Part shown: piece after piece, positions 26,754 through 36,676 of the stretch
Layout of the letters: the number at the start of each line of letters is the position of its first letter
Position numbering within the stretch: the stretch's first letter is position 1
Virus record (IMG/VR): IMGVR_UViG_2529292919_000008
DNA from: a virus
Taxonomy: Duplodnaviria > Heunggongvirae > Uroviricota > Caudoviricetes
Length of the DNA stretch: 53,981 nucleotides
Strand: one strand, 5' to 3'
Program-made: the position numbers and the translations under genes
Notes under the pieces: model-generated
What the model was told of the DNA's origin: nothing
The model's input: the letters and a program-made list of their open reading frames with translations, nothing else
Database searches by the model: none

Positions 26754-28349
26754 ATGGCACAGCTTGTTGATATTTACGGACGCCCGCTGAAACGTGAGGT
26801 GCTCAAAACCACGCAGTCGGTCAGAGTGGCAGAACGGCTGCGCATTTATCCCGACCACCCGTCCCGTGGTCTGAATATCAGAAAACTGCCGCGCATTCTG
26901 GAAGCTGCCGAACGCGGTTATCTTCCGGCGCAGGCGATGCTGTTTGCGGATATGGAAGAACGTGATGGCCACCTGTTCGCCGAGATGGAAAAGCGCAAAA
27001 AAGCATTGCTGACGCTGGACTGGTCGGTGGAGCCGCCCCGCAATGCCTCGAAAGCAGAAAAGGAGCTGGCCGCCGCCGTGGATGAATGGCTGCACGGTAT
27101 CCCGGACATGGAGGACATCATCCTCAACGGGATGAGCAGTGTCGGTTACGGCTTCAGCTGTCAGGAAATCAGCTGGGCGTTCGTGGATAAAACGTGGTTA
27201 CCGGATGCGGTGACGCTGCGCCCGCATAACTGGTTTATTACCCTGCCGGAACACAATGACGAACTCCGGCTGGATGACGGCAACCGTGGGGAAGACGGTA
27301 AGGACGGTTCCGCATTGTGGCCGTTCGGCTGGCTGGTTCACCGTTACAACGCCCGGTCGGGGTTCCTGGGTTCATCCGGCCTGTTCCGCGTACTGGTCTG
27401 GCCGTATCTGTTTAAAAACTTTGCGCTGCGTGATATGGCGGAATTTCTGGAGATTTACGGCCTTCCGGCGCGCATTGCGTACTATGCACAGGGCACCAGT
27501 GACGAGGACCGGGACAACATTCTCGAAGCCCTGGTCAATCTGGGCCATGAAGCGGTGGCAGCACTGCCGCAGGGTAACGAGATTGAATTCAAGGAGGCTG
27601 CCTCCGGCGGGCCGGAGGCGTTCATGTCGATGGTGGAATGGGCGGAGCGCACCACCTCAAAAGTGATTCTGGGCAGTACGCTGACCAGCCAGGCTGACGG
27701 TAAAACCTCCACCAACGCACTGGGTAATGTCCATAACGAGGTCCGGCACGACATTCTGACCGCTGATGCACGCCAGCTGTCCGGCATGTTCAGCAGTCTG
27801 ATACAGATGATGGCCAGCCTCAACGGCTGGCAGGATATCCCGTCACGCCGTCTTCCGCGCCTGGTGTTTGATGTGCAGCAGGAAGCTGACATTAAGGGCG
27901 TGGCGGACGCCGTCAGCGTGTTGCTCAACAGTGTGGGTATGAAGGATATCCCGGCGTCGTGGGTACGCAAAAAAACCGGTATCCCCACCCCGAAAGACGG
28001 CGAAGAGGTACTGGTGCCGGCGGCACAGCGTCTCCCTGTGCTGGCGGGCCTCAGCCAGCTGCGTGAGCGACTGAATGTTGCTGCACTCAGTCAGCAGGAC
28101 AACGGAGAGGACGACCCGGCACAACGCGCCATCGACCGGGCAGAACTTCCGGCAGAGGCCATCGCGCAGGGAATGAACGAACTGGTGGCCCCACTGGTGC
28201 AGGCCATACAGGAAGGCCGGGATGCAGACGAGGCCATGAACGTACTGGCGGAAGCATGGCCGGAACTGCCGGATGACACGCTGCGGCAGTTGCTGACGCA
28301 GGCATTCTTTGTGGCGGATATCTGGGGGCGACTGAATGCCGACAGCTGA
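26754..28349 (+). CDS. Portal protein (Mu gp29-like, DUF935)
   Basis: 531 aa; position between TerL and the F-like gene. Confidence 0.75.
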   Translation: MAQLVDIYGRPLKREVLKTTQSVRVAERLRIYPDHPSRGLNIRKLPRILEAAERGYLPAQAMLFADMEERDGHLFAEMEKRKKALLTLDWSVEPPRNASKAEKELAAAVDEWLHGIPDMEDIILNGMSSVGYGFSCQEISWAFVDKTWLPDAVTLRPHNWFITLPEHNDELRLDDGNRGEDGKDGSALWPFGWLVHRYNARSGFLGSSGLFRVLVWPYLFKNFALRDMAEFLEIYGLPARIAYYAQGTSDEDRDNILEALVNLGHEAVAALPQGNEIEFKEAASGGPEAFMSMVEWAERTTSKVILGSTLTSQADGKTSTNALGNVHNEVRHDILTADARQLSGMFSSLIQMMASLNGWQDIPSRRLPRLVFDVQQEADIKGVADAVSVLLNSVGMKDIPASWVRKKTGIPTPKDGEEVLVPAAQRLPVLAGLSQLRERLNVAALSQQDNGEDDPAQRAIDRAELPAEAIAQGMNELVAPLVQAIQEGRDADEAMNVLAEAWPELPDDTLRQLLTQAFFVADIWGRLNADS

Positions 28350-29502
28350 CGATGTTGACCTGGGTTATGCGTACACCCTGAAGCCGGAAGAAGCGATTAA
28401 GTATTTCGAAAGCAAGGGATACGTTATCGGCTTCCGCTGGCACGATGTGAAGGACATCGCCAACGCCCGGGCGTTCACGGTGGCGGGCGTGCTGAAACTG
28501 GATGTGCTGAAGGATATCCGTGATGGCCTGACGGCCGCACTGGCTGACGGCGGGACGTTCCGGGAGTTTGCTGCACAACTGGAACCACTGCTGGAATCAA
28601 AAGGCTGGCTGGGTAAAAAGCTGATTGTGGACGAGGACACCGGCGAACTGCACGGCAGGCAGCTGACGCCGCGCCGGTTGCGCACGATATTTGATACCAA
28701 TATTCAGTCGTCCTACAACGCCGGACGCTATCAGCAGCAGATGGCGAACGTGGCCGACCGGCCTTATTTTGAGCGCGTGGCGGTGATGGACCTTCACACC
28801 CGCCCGAAACACGCCGCCCTGAACGGTTTTACCGCCCGGGCGGATGACCCGGTCTGGGAGTATTTCTACGCGCCGGACGGATACGGATGCCGCTGCCGTA
28901 TCCGGGCGCGTTCGGCGTCTGATGTGGAGAAATATGGCCTGACGGTGCAGAGCAGCGAGGGGCGACTGGTTGAGGTTGAGCAGGAATATGGCCAGCCGGG
29001 CCAGACCATCAGAACAATGGGGCTGAAGATGCCGGATGGCTCCGTATACACCGCTGACCCGGGCTTCGGTTTTAACCCCGGCAAAGTGGCATGGCAGCCG
29101 GAACTGGAAAAATACGATTACCGCAGCGCTCGCCAGTATGTCACCGGCACCCTGACCGGGCCGGATTTTGCCCGGGGACTGGCGAACGTCAGCGAACTGG
29201 ATGCGCGCCAGCGATATCCGCTGGCCATCCGTTCACCAGAACAGGTCGCCGCCACGGGCGCTGCACGGCAGACGGTAAACCTTACGGCTGACGTTATGAA
29301 GCGCCTCAGTGCAACAGACACGCCCCCGACCGCCGCCGATTATGTGCTGATGCAGCAGACCATCGAACGGGCGGAGCATGTCACACAGGACGGCAACGCG
29401 TGGCGGTATGCGTTACAGTCGGGCGACCACTGGTCGGTGGTGACGGTTGAGGATGGCGCGCTGACAGACTGGGTTATGCAGGATACCCCGGAGGCATCAT
29501 GA
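28336..29502 (+). CDS. Head morphogenesis protein (Mu F-like)
   Basis: 388 aa after the portal; overlaps the portal stop. Confidence 0.65.
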   Translation: MPTADDVDLGYAYTLKPEEAIKYFESKGYVIGFRWHDVKDIANARAFTVAGVLKLDVLKDIRDGLTAALADGGTFREFAAQLEPLLESKGWLGKKLIVDEDTGELHGRQLTPRRLRTIFDTNIQSSYNAGRYQQQMANVADRPYFERVAVMDLHTRPKHAALNGFTARADDPVWEYFYAPDGYGCRCRIRARSASDVEKYGLTVQSSEGRLVEVEQEYGQPGQTIRTMGLKMPDGSVYTADPGFGFNPGKVAWQPELEKYDYRSARQYVTGTLTGPDFARGLANVSELDARQRYPLAIRSPEQVAATGAARQTVNLTADVMKRLSATDTPPTAADYVLMQQTIERAEHVTQDGNAWRYALQSGDHWSVVTVEDGALTDWVMQDTPEAS

Positions 29503-30050
29503 GCAACGGTAAACTGGATATTAAGATTGATTTAAGCGCGTATAACACCACGCTGGGGAAACTGATTCGTTCCGTGAAGGACCGGCGCGATCTGATGACG
29601 GCACTTGCGGGTTCCATGCTGGATGCGGTTGAGACTAACTTTGAACAACAGGGCCGCCCGAAATGGATGGGCTGGAGTCCCTCCTATGCGAAGCGACGCG
29701 GCCCCGGGCAAATCCTTCAGAAGTCCGGGCGACTGGCTGCCAGTATCCGCTCTGCGGTTAACAATAACGAGGCCACAGTCGGGACAAACGTCCGTTATGC
29801 CCGGATCCACAACGAAGGCGGCGAAATCCGCCATCAGGCACGGACGCAGAACCTGTATTTTAAACAGTACAAAAACGGCAGCGTCAGCACCCGCTTTGTG
29901 AAAAAGCGCAACAGTAATTTTGTGCAGAGCGCAACGGTCGGAGCGTATACGGTCAACATGCCCGCGCGCCCCTTCCTTCAGCTTGTGCAGGACGACATCG
30001 ACGAGCTGGAGAACACCGCAAACCGCTATTTTGCGCGTGTGATTGACTGA
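29499..30050 (+). CDS. Virion morphogenesis protein (Mu G-like)
   Basis: 183 aa at the Mu G position. Confidence 0.5.
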   Translation: MSNGKLDIKIDLSAYNTTLGKLIRSVKDRRDLMTALAGSMLDAVETNFEQQGRPKWMGWSPSYAKRRGPGQILQKSGRLAASIRSAVNNNEATVGTNVRYARIHNEGGEIRHQARTQNLYFKQYKNGSVSTRFVKKRNSNFVQSATVGAYTVNMPARPFLQLVQDDIDELENTANRYFARVID

Positions 30051-30259
30051 ATGGCGACAAACGCGCTGTAATCGCCTTTGACGACATAAACGCCTCACGG
30101 ATGAGGCATTACAGCACCGCACCCCATAAATGCCGTCAGAATCGTTTTTAAAAGGGTTTTAAAAACGGTTTTATTTTCCCTTTTATCCTTTCCCGTTATG
30201 GCAGGGTGCTGAACACCCTCCACAGTACCCCGTGTTCCCCTTCCGTCATCATACCGCGT

Positions 30260-31375
30260 ATGAAACTGAAAATTGCGGCGTTAAGCCTCGAAATTACTAA
30301 AGCAACCCACAGCGAAATCCAGCTGTTTCCGGCAGGCGAGTTCAGTGCGGTGGATGGTCGCCCACATACCGATGAAGTCGAAAGCGGTAAATGGGTGCTG
30401 ACTGCCGAACTGGCCGCGCAGCTTGTCGCACAGGTGGCAGCCCGTACCACGCCTTTTGTCATTGATTACGAACATCAGACGCTGCGCGCCGTAAACAACG
30501 GCAAGCCCGCCCCGGCGGCGGGCTGGTTCAGCCAGGTGGAATGGCGAGAAGGTTCGGGCCTGTATGCCATCGGTGTGGAGTGGACGGAGAACGCGGCGGC
30601 CATGATTGCCGCCGGTGAGTACAAATTTATTTCCCCGGTATTTGGATACAACCGGCGCGGCGAAGTCATCGAACTGTTACACGCCGCACTGACCAATACC
30701 CCGGCGCTGGACGGTATGGACGCGGTCATGCTGGCTGCGGCCAGCCGTCTGGCGAGTCTGTCAACTGAAACGGAGACCACAACAGTGGATGAAGAACTGT
30801 TAAACGATTTGCTGTCCAGTCTGCGCTGGATGCTTAACCTCCCGGTTACCTCAACGGCGGAAGATATCAAAAACGAGCTGCAAAAGGTCGTTGACATGAT
30901 TTCGAACGGTCAGGGAACGGCGGCGGCATCCGTCAGCCTGCTGGCCCTGCTGAATCAGAAAGACGAGCAAATCGCCAGCCTGTCAGCCAGTGCCTATGAC
31001 CCGTCAAAACACATTTCCCTTGCTGCCTTCGAAGAACTCCAGGGGCGTTATGCCGCACTGGCGCAACAGTCCGGTGAGGCCGAAGCCGGGGCACTGATTC
31101 AGGCGGCGCTGTCTGACGGGCGACTGCTTCCGGCACAGGAAGGCTGGGCGAAAGATTACGCCGGTCGCGATATCAACGGCTTTAAGTCCTGGCTGGAGAA
31201 CGCACCGAAACTTGTTGCGCTCAGTCAGACCCAGACCGGCGGCAAAGCCCCCAAAACGCCGTCGCCTGCCCCGGCGCAGATTAAAACCGGCGATGACGTC
31301 GATGTCGATATCGCCATTTGTTCAATGATGGGCGTTGATCCAGAGGATGTCGCCCGTTACGCAGGAGACGAGTAA
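30260..31375 (+). CDS. Prohead protease / scaffold (Mu I-like)
   Basis: About 371 aa from MKLKIAALSLEI with an Ala/Gln-rich coiled-coil C-terminal half. Upstream of the major head gene. Confidence 0.55.
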   Translation: MKLKIAALSLEITKATHSEIQLFPAGEFSAVDGRPHTDEVESGKWVLTAELAAQLVAQVAARTTPFVIDYEHQTLRAVNNGKPAPAAGWFSQVEWREGSGLYAIGVEWTENAAAMIAAGEYKFISPVFGYNRRGEVIELLHAALTNTPALDGMDAVMLAAASRLASLSTETETTTVDEELLNDLLSSLRWMLNLPVTSTAEDIKNELQKVVDMISNGQGTAAASVSLLALLNQKDEQIASLSASAYDPSKHISLAAFEELQGRYAALAQQSGEAEAGALIQAALSDGRLLPAQEGWAKDYAGRDINGFKSWLENAPKLVALSQTQTGGKAPKTPSPAPAQIKTGDDVDVDIAICSMMGVDPEDVARYAGDE

Positions 31376-31771
31376 ATGGATCGCAATACCCCCTATCGTG
31401 ACGGAGAACTGAACCCGGTGCCGGTTGCCGCTGCGACCGAAATTTTTGGCGGTCATATGGTGGCCGTTAACGCATCCGGTTATGCCGTTCCGGCCAGTGC
31501 CACGGCCTCACAGATTACGCTGGGCGTGTCTGATGGCTGGGCGGATAACAGTACCGGCAGCGATGGCGATGTCACCGTTCTGGTGCGTTGCGGCAAAGAT
31601 TTTCTGATGGTGAACAGCACCTCAGACCCGGTCACACAATCGCAGGTCGGCAAGCTGTGCTACGTGGAAGACAGCGTAACCGTGGCAAAAACCGACAACA
31701 GCAGCGCCCGTCCTGTCGCCGGGAAAGTGATCGGCATCTGTGGCGATGGCGTCTGGGTTCATTTCAGTTAA
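31376..31771 (+). CDS. Hypothetical head protein (Mu Z position)
   Basis: 131 aa between I and the major head gene. Confidence 0.35.
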   Translation: MDRNTPYRDGELNPVPVAAATEIFGGHMVAVNASGYAVPASATASQITLGVSDGWADNSTGSDGDVTVLVRCGKDFLMVNSTSDPVTQSQVGKLCYVEDSVTVAKTDNSSARPVAGKVIGICGDGVWVHFS

Positions 31772-31781
31772 GGAGCAAAAC

Positions 31782-32690
31782 GTGTTAGTCAACGTTAAAA
31801 ACGTCAAACAGATTTTTATCAATCTGAAGGCCACCTTCCAGAAAGCCTTCGACCAGTCGCCAACTGACTGGCAGAAGGTGGCAATGGAAGTGCCATCAAA
31901 CGGCAAGGAAAACGACTACAGCTGGTTAAGTCGTTTCCCGAAAATGCGCGAGTGGATTGGCGACAAGGTCGTTAAATCACTGGCGGCATTTAACTACACC
32001 ATCCGTAACAAGGACTGGGAAGCCACGGTTGAAGTCGATCGTAACGACATCGAGGACGACCAGATTATGGGCTATGCCCTTCAGGCAAAAGGAGCCGGAC
32101 AGTCGGCGGCAGAACTCCCGGCAGATATTGTGGCGTCCCTTATCAGTAACGGTTTTACCAATCCCTGTTACGACGGCCAGATGTTCTTTGATACCGACCA
32201 CCTGGTCGCCGGTAAATCGGTGTCCAATAAAGGCACCAAAAAACTCAAAGTTGGCTCGCTTGCCGAGGCGAAAGCCTCCTACGGTGCCGCCCGTACTGCC
32301 ATGCGCAGCCTGAAAGATGACGAAGGCGCATCCCTCAAAATTCGCCCGAATCTGCTGGTTGTGCCACCGGCGCTGGAAGATGACGCGAACTACCTGATGA
32401 CCGCCGAGAAGTTCCCGGACGGTACGCCGAACCCGTACCGCAGTACCGCCGACGTGCTGGTGATGCCGGAGCTGGCGTCGGATTCTGCGTGGTTCCTGTT
32501 TGACACCACCAAACCGGTGAAACCGCTGATTTATCAGCTGCGTAAAAAGCCTGTTTTTGTGGAGCAGACGGACTACAACAGCGACAACGTGTTCAAGCGT
32601 AAGAAGTTCCTGTTTGGTGCCGAAGCGCGCTGTAACGGCGGTTACGGCTTCTGGCAGATGGCATTTGGTTCTGATGGTACGACGGAGTAA
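31782..32690 (+). CDS. Major head subunit (Mu T-like)
   Basis: AAGGAG then GTG start. About 302 aa at the Mu T position. Confidence 0.6.
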   Translation: MLVNVKNVKQIFINLKATFQKAFDQSPTDWQKVAMEVPSNGKENDYSWLSRFPKMREWIGDKVVKSLAAFNYTIRNKDWEATVEVDRNDIEDDQIMGYALQAKGAGQSAAELPADIVASLISNGFTNPCYDGQMFFDTDHLVAGKSVSNKGTKKLKVGSLAEAKASYGAARTAMRSLKDDEGASLKIRPNLLVVPPALEDDANYLMTAEKFPDGTPNPYRSTADVLVMPELASDSAWFLFDTTKPVKPLIYQLRKKPVFVEQTDYNSDNVFKRKKFLFGAEARCNGGYGFWQMAFGSDGTTE

Positions 32691-32693
32691 TGC

Positions 32694-33035
32694 ATGGAAA
32701 AGGTGATTGAAATTACCGCCCGCCGCGAGGGTTTTCGCCGCTGCGGTGTGGCACACAGCGCAACCACGAAGGCATGGCCTGTGGATGCGTTCACCCCGGA
32801 ACAGCTGGCGGTGCTGAAGGCTGACCCCATGCTGATTGTGGTGGAGCGCGATAAAGCGTCCGGCCAGAACGACGCGGTCCGGGGTGATGAACTGGCCGCA
32901 CAGCTGGATGCCGAACGTCAGAAAGTCAGCGAACTGACGGCGCAGCTGGAAGAAGAACGCCAGAAAGTCAGTGAACTGACCGCACAGCTGAACGCCGCAC
33001 AGAAAACACAAAAAGCGGAGAAAAAGGAGAAGTAA
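32694..33035 (+). CDS. Hypothetical protein with duplicated coiled-coil motif
   Basis: 113 aa with ERQKVSELTAQL repeated twice. Confidence 0.35.
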   Translation: MEKVIEITARREGFRRCGVAHSATTKAWPVDAFTPEQLAVLKADPMLIVVERDKASGQNDAVRGDELAAQLDAERQKVSELTAQLEEERQKVSELTAQLNAAQKTQKAEKKEK

Positions 33036-33038
33036 CCC

Positions 33039-33470
33039 ATGTCTTACGCCACACCGGAACAGTTCATCAGGGCGTTCAGTGAACGCGAGGCGTGCACACT
33101 GACGGATGAAGAGATGACCGGGCTTATCAACGAGGAAAAGCTGGCCTCCGCGCTTGCGCGTGCCAGTGCCCAGATTGATGGCTATCTGGTGGGGCGTTAC
33201 CGGACCCCGTGGCCTGACAGCCCGGGGATTCTGGTGGGTTACTGCTGCGATATCGCCCGTTATCACCTGGCGACCGATTACCGTATCTGCTCAGAAGAAA
33301 TTCAGATGCGCTACCGGGACGCCATCCGCTTTCTGGAGAAAGTCGCGGCAGGACAAATCAACCTCGGGCGGGATACGTCCGGCAGCGTGATCCCGTCATC
33401 GTCACAGGTGCGTATCCGCTCCGGCTCCCGTCAGTTCGGGCGTGAGTCCACGCGGGGAGGTGCATTCTGA
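33039..33470 (+). CDS. Mu gp36-like head-tail connector protein (DUF1320-like)
   Basis: 143 aa from MSYATPEQFIRAFSEREACTL. Position and family recollection. Confidence 0.5.
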   Translation: MSYATPEQFIRAFSEREACTLTDEEMTGLINEEKLASALARASAQIDGYLVGRYRTPWPDSPGILVGYCCDIARYHLATDYRICSEEIQMRYRDAIRFLEKVAAGQINLGRDTSGSVIPSSSQVRIRSGSRQFGRESTRGGAF

Positions 33471-33523
33471 TTACTGAAATTGAACGGGCGCTGGTTGAAC
33501 GTCTGCGTTGTGGTCTGGGGAAA

Positions 33524-34105
33524 ATGGTGCGGGAAGTCCGCACCTATGCCGGTGAACTGGATGAAGACCCGGGCCGGATTGTTCGCAGCCTTCCGGCAGC
33601 CTGGGTGACGTTCGGCGGCATCGCGAAAACCGAACGCTATTCCACGTCACGCCAGAAATACATTGCCACCGGACGCTTTGTGGTTGTGGTGGGTGATTAC
33701 AACACCCGCAGCGAACAGAGCGCCAGACAGGGAGGCACCGTCCGGGATGAGGTCGGTACAAACCTGCTGGTTGAATCCGTCCGTCGCCTGCTGACCGGTC
33801 AGGATTTGGGGCTGGAGATTGATTATTTCGAACCCGGGCGTGTCAGGACGCTGTTTAACACCGGCGTGGCAGAGCGGGCAATGTCCGTGTTTGCCTGTGA
33901 GTTTGATACCCGCTGGGTGGAGCACGCGCTGGAGAACGGCAAATGGCCGGAGCGCGGTGCAGAAGCGGATATGGCTTTCAACCGTTACCACGGCCGTCTG
34001 TCAGACCCCGACCCGGATTTACTGCGAATTGGTACGCAATACGGCGCAGATATCTGTGGTCTGGATGAATTAAGAGAGCAACAGCATGAACAAAATGAAG
34101 GTTAA
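33524..34105 (+). CDS. Mu gp37-like protein
   Basis: Synteny. Real start is probably a non-ATG codon near 33470, since the open frame extends upstream. Confidence 0.4.
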   Translation: MVREVRTYAGELDEDPGRIVRSLPAAWVTFGGIAKTERYSTSRQKYIATGRFVVVVGDYNTRSEQSARQGGTVRDEVGTNLLVESVRRLLTGQDLGLEIDYFEPGRVRTLFNTGVAERAMSVFACEFDTRWVEHALENGKWPERGAEADMAFNRYHGRLSDPDPDLLRIGTQYGADICGLDELREQQHEQNEG

Positions 34106-34319
34106 GGCGGCTCCCGGGATGAAGTTCCCGATGGAGGATAACGCCCGGAAATACATCACCACGGAAGCGGTGATCGTTGAAAACACCGCTTATTACCGGC
34201 GCGCTGTTCAGGATGGTGACCTGATTCTGGTGGCTGAAGAGCCTGAAACGGCAGAACAGGACACCGGACCAGAAAAAGCGAAGGTGAAGAAAGAGAAACA
34301 GGTGGGATCCGATGAGTGA
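34086..34319 (+). CDS. Mu gp38-like small protein
   Basis: 77 aa just upstream of the sheath gene. Confidence 0.4.
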   Translation: MNKMKVKAAPGMKFPMEDNARKYITTEAVIVENTAYYRRAVQDGDLILVAEEPETAEQDTGPEKAKVKKEKQVGSDE

Positions 34320-35733
34320 AATTCAGTTTGACACCATTTCGGGCAGTATCCGTAAGCCCGGTGTGCATTTTGAGTTTAATACCCGGCTGGCCGTTAACAC
34401 GTTGCCGGGTAACGAACAGCGTGTTCTGGTGATTGGCCCGATGCTGCCTGATGGCACCGCCACCCCCCTGAATGCGATTTCTGTGTATTCCGAAGACGAA
34501 GCGGATTTGTATTTCGGGGCCGGTTCACTGGCCGCAGCAATGGCGCGCGCAGCCATTAACGCCAACAGCTATCTGCAACTGGATGTTATCGGTATTGCAG
34601 ACGGTGGTGCAGGAAAAGCAGCAACAGGCGCAGTTAAAGTCACCGGCACTGCAACCAGCAGCGGTACGCTGTCGGTATGGATTGCTGGCGAGCAGATCGC
34701 CATTAATGTGGACGTCGGGGATGAACCGTCGAAAATCATTCCGGCACTGGTGACGGCAATGACGCAGACGCCATCGCTTCTGGTCACGGGGGAATACAAA
34801 TCTGACAGCTCTCAACTGACAGTGACCGCCCGGACCAAAGGTACCTGGGGGAATGATATCACCCTGTCGGTATCCACCACTGCAACCGGCCTTGTAGTGG
34901 CTACCACGCCGATGGCGAGCGGCGAAATGGACCCGGATATTCAGCCCGCACTTGATGCGGTCTTTGCTGCCGGTCACAACATTCTGATTTGTCCGTTCAG
35001 TACCACGCCAGCCCTTGCCGCCCTGAAGCAGCACCTGGAGAAAACCGGGAACGCGATGGAACAGCGTGGCGCGATTGGTTGTGCGGGCTGGACAGGTAGT
35101 CTGGGAAACGGGATCACCCTGGCAGCCGGTGTGAACAGCGGGCGCGTGTCTGTCCCCTGGTATCGTGGTTCTGTGATGCTTCCTGCTGTGCTGGCCGCCA
35201 TCTACGGCGCAGTAATGGCGAGCGAAGAAGACCCGGCACGCCCGCTGAACTCGCTGGCGCTGTCCGGGCTGGATGTGGTCGCCATGTCACAGCGCGAAAG
35301 CCGTAACGAGCAGGAAAGCGCCCTGCATAACGGCCTGACACCGGTTGAGGTTGGACCGGGTAATACGGTGCAGATTGTGCGTGCGGTCAGTACCTACACG
35401 GTGAACGCTCAGGGTGTGGCTGATGTCTCGTTACTGGATATCACGTCCATCAGAACACTGGACTACACCCGCAAGGCGTGCCGCGAACGTATCAGCCTTC
35501 GCTTCCCGCGTGAAAAACTCAGCACCCGAACCATCGCAAAAGTGGAAAGCGAACTGTATGACGTGCTGCTCAAGCTGGAGGAGTCTGAAATTCTGGAGAA
35601 TGTGGAAGCGAATAAGGCAAAACTGCGCGTTCAGCGAAACGGGAAAGATGCAAATCGCCTGGACTGCGCGATCCCTGCCGACGTGGTTAACGGCCTGCAT
35701 GTGTTTGCCGGTCGCATCGACATGATTTTGTAA
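34312..35733 (+). CDS. Contractile tail sheath protein (Mu L-like)
   Basis: 473 aa immediately upstream of the tube gene. Confidence 0.8.
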   Translation: MSEIQFDTISGSIRKPGVHFEFNTRLAVNTLPGNEQRVLVIGPMLPDGTATPLNAISVYSEDEADLYFGAGSLAAAMARAAINANSYLQLDVIGIADGGAGKAATGAVKVTGTATSSGTLSVWIAGEQIAINVDVGDEPSKIIPALVTAMTQTPSLLVTGEYKSDSSQLTVTARTKGTWGNDITLSVSTTATGLVVATTPMASGEMDPDIQPALDAVFAAGHNILICPFSTTPALAALKQHLEKTGNAMEQRGAIGCAGWTGSLGNGITLAAGVNSGRVSVPWYRGSVMLPAVLAAIYGAVMASEEDPARPLNSLALSGLDVVAMSQRESRNEQESALHNGLTPVEVGPGNTVQIVRAVSTYTVNAQGVADVSLLDITSIRTLDYTRKACRERISLRFPREKLSTRTIAKVESELYDVLLKLEESEILENVEANKAKLRVQRNGKDANRLDCAIPADVVNGLHVFAGRIDMIL

Positions 35734-35745
35734 GGAGCCTGATAA

Positions 35746-36120
35746 ATGTCCCTGAAAGAATATATCGGCTCGATTGTGTTGGAAATTGACAGCCAGGAAA
35801 TCGAGATCACCGACCTTGATGTTCAGATCAACACCGGGCGAAAGCTGGTCAAGACCATGAACAAAACCGGCAGGGCTAAAGGCTTTGCCCGTGGCATTGC
35901 CACCTACGAACTGTCCGTTTCGGCGGTTATTCCTGATACCAACGAGCCGGACTGGGAAAATCTGGAAGGTGTGAAAATCTCGCTGTACCCGCTCAGTAAC
36001 AGCGGTAAACGCACCTCTTATCTGGACTGCTTCACAACCGAAGTGGGTGAGAAATACACCGTCGATAATGAAGCGAAAATTGATATCAAAATGGCTGCAC
36101 TCAGGAAGGTGGAAGGATGA
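35746..36120 (+). CDS. Tail tube protein (Mu M-like)
   Basis: 124 aa directly after the sheath. Confidence 0.6.
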   Translation: MSLKEYIGSIVLEIDSQEIEITDLDVQINTGRKLVKTMNKTGRAKGFARGIATYELSVSAVIPDTNEPDWENLEGVKISLYPLSNSGKRTSYLDCFTTEVGEKYTVDNEAKIDIKMAALRKVEG

Positions 36121-36500
36121 CGATTATCGCTACACAGACCGGCGAACTGTCCGATGGCCTGGTTTTTAACGGCACCATTCATAAAAACTTTGAGCTGCGT
36201 CTGCCGGTCATGCGTGATAACGGGCAGGCACTGGAAGAAACTGAAGAACGCTTTCAGACAGTGGACGGCTTCGCGGCGGATTATTACTACCGCTGTGCGG
36301 TAATGGCGGCAACGCTGGTCCGTCTGGGGGATATTCCGCAGGAAGAACTGACGGCGGAGCTGTTGCACGACAACATGACGCCGGAAGATTTTAATATTCT
36401 GCTGGCATCACGCAACGTCCTGAAGGTAAAGCGGAGCGGCGGGAATCCCGGCTCGCCGGACTCCGGCTCGCAGTCCTTATCCTCGGGCGCTACGGAATAA
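36117..36500 (+). CDS. Tail assembly chaperone (Mu gp41-like)
   Basis: 127 aa between tube and tape measure. Confidence 0.45.
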   Translation: MTIIATQTGELSDGLVFNGTIHKNFELRLPVMRDNGQALEETEERFQTVDGFAADYYYRCAVMAATLVRLGDIPQEELTAELLHDNMTPEDFNILLASRNVLKVKRSGGNPGSPDSGSQSLSSGATE

Positions 36501-36514
36501 CTGAAGAACAAATT

Positions 36515-36676
36515 ATGACCATGAGCCGTCCCGAGCTGGACGGCTGGCTTGCCGCCGTTGACAGGCTGAACGGCGGCGGCTCAGGAAGAAAGGACACCTC
36601 ACAGACCACCCGCCAGTCATTTAAATCCCTCAGAAAGAAACGCAGAAAAGGTAAACAGAAAAATGGCCGGTAATTT
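36515..36676 (+). CDS. Small basic protein upstream of tape measure
   Basis: 53 codons, MTMSRPELDGWLAAVDRLNGGGSGRKDTSQTTRQSFKSLRKKRRKGKQKNGR. Overlaps the tape-measure start. Confidence 0.3.

Noticed and set aside
31977-33266. 429-aa minus-strand ORF antisense to the Mu-like major head and gp36-like genes
   Set aside because: Overlaps well-supported plus-strand genes with synteny and family signatures, and its translation is low-complexity (Arg/His/Leu/Phe-rich), typical of a shadow ORF in GC-rich coding DNA.
36117-36676. Possible programmed frameshift joining the Mu-like chaperone (36117-36500) to the downstream small ORF
   Set aside because: Both ORFs are in the same frame, separated by a TAA stop, with no slippery heptamer, so a frameshift cannot join them.
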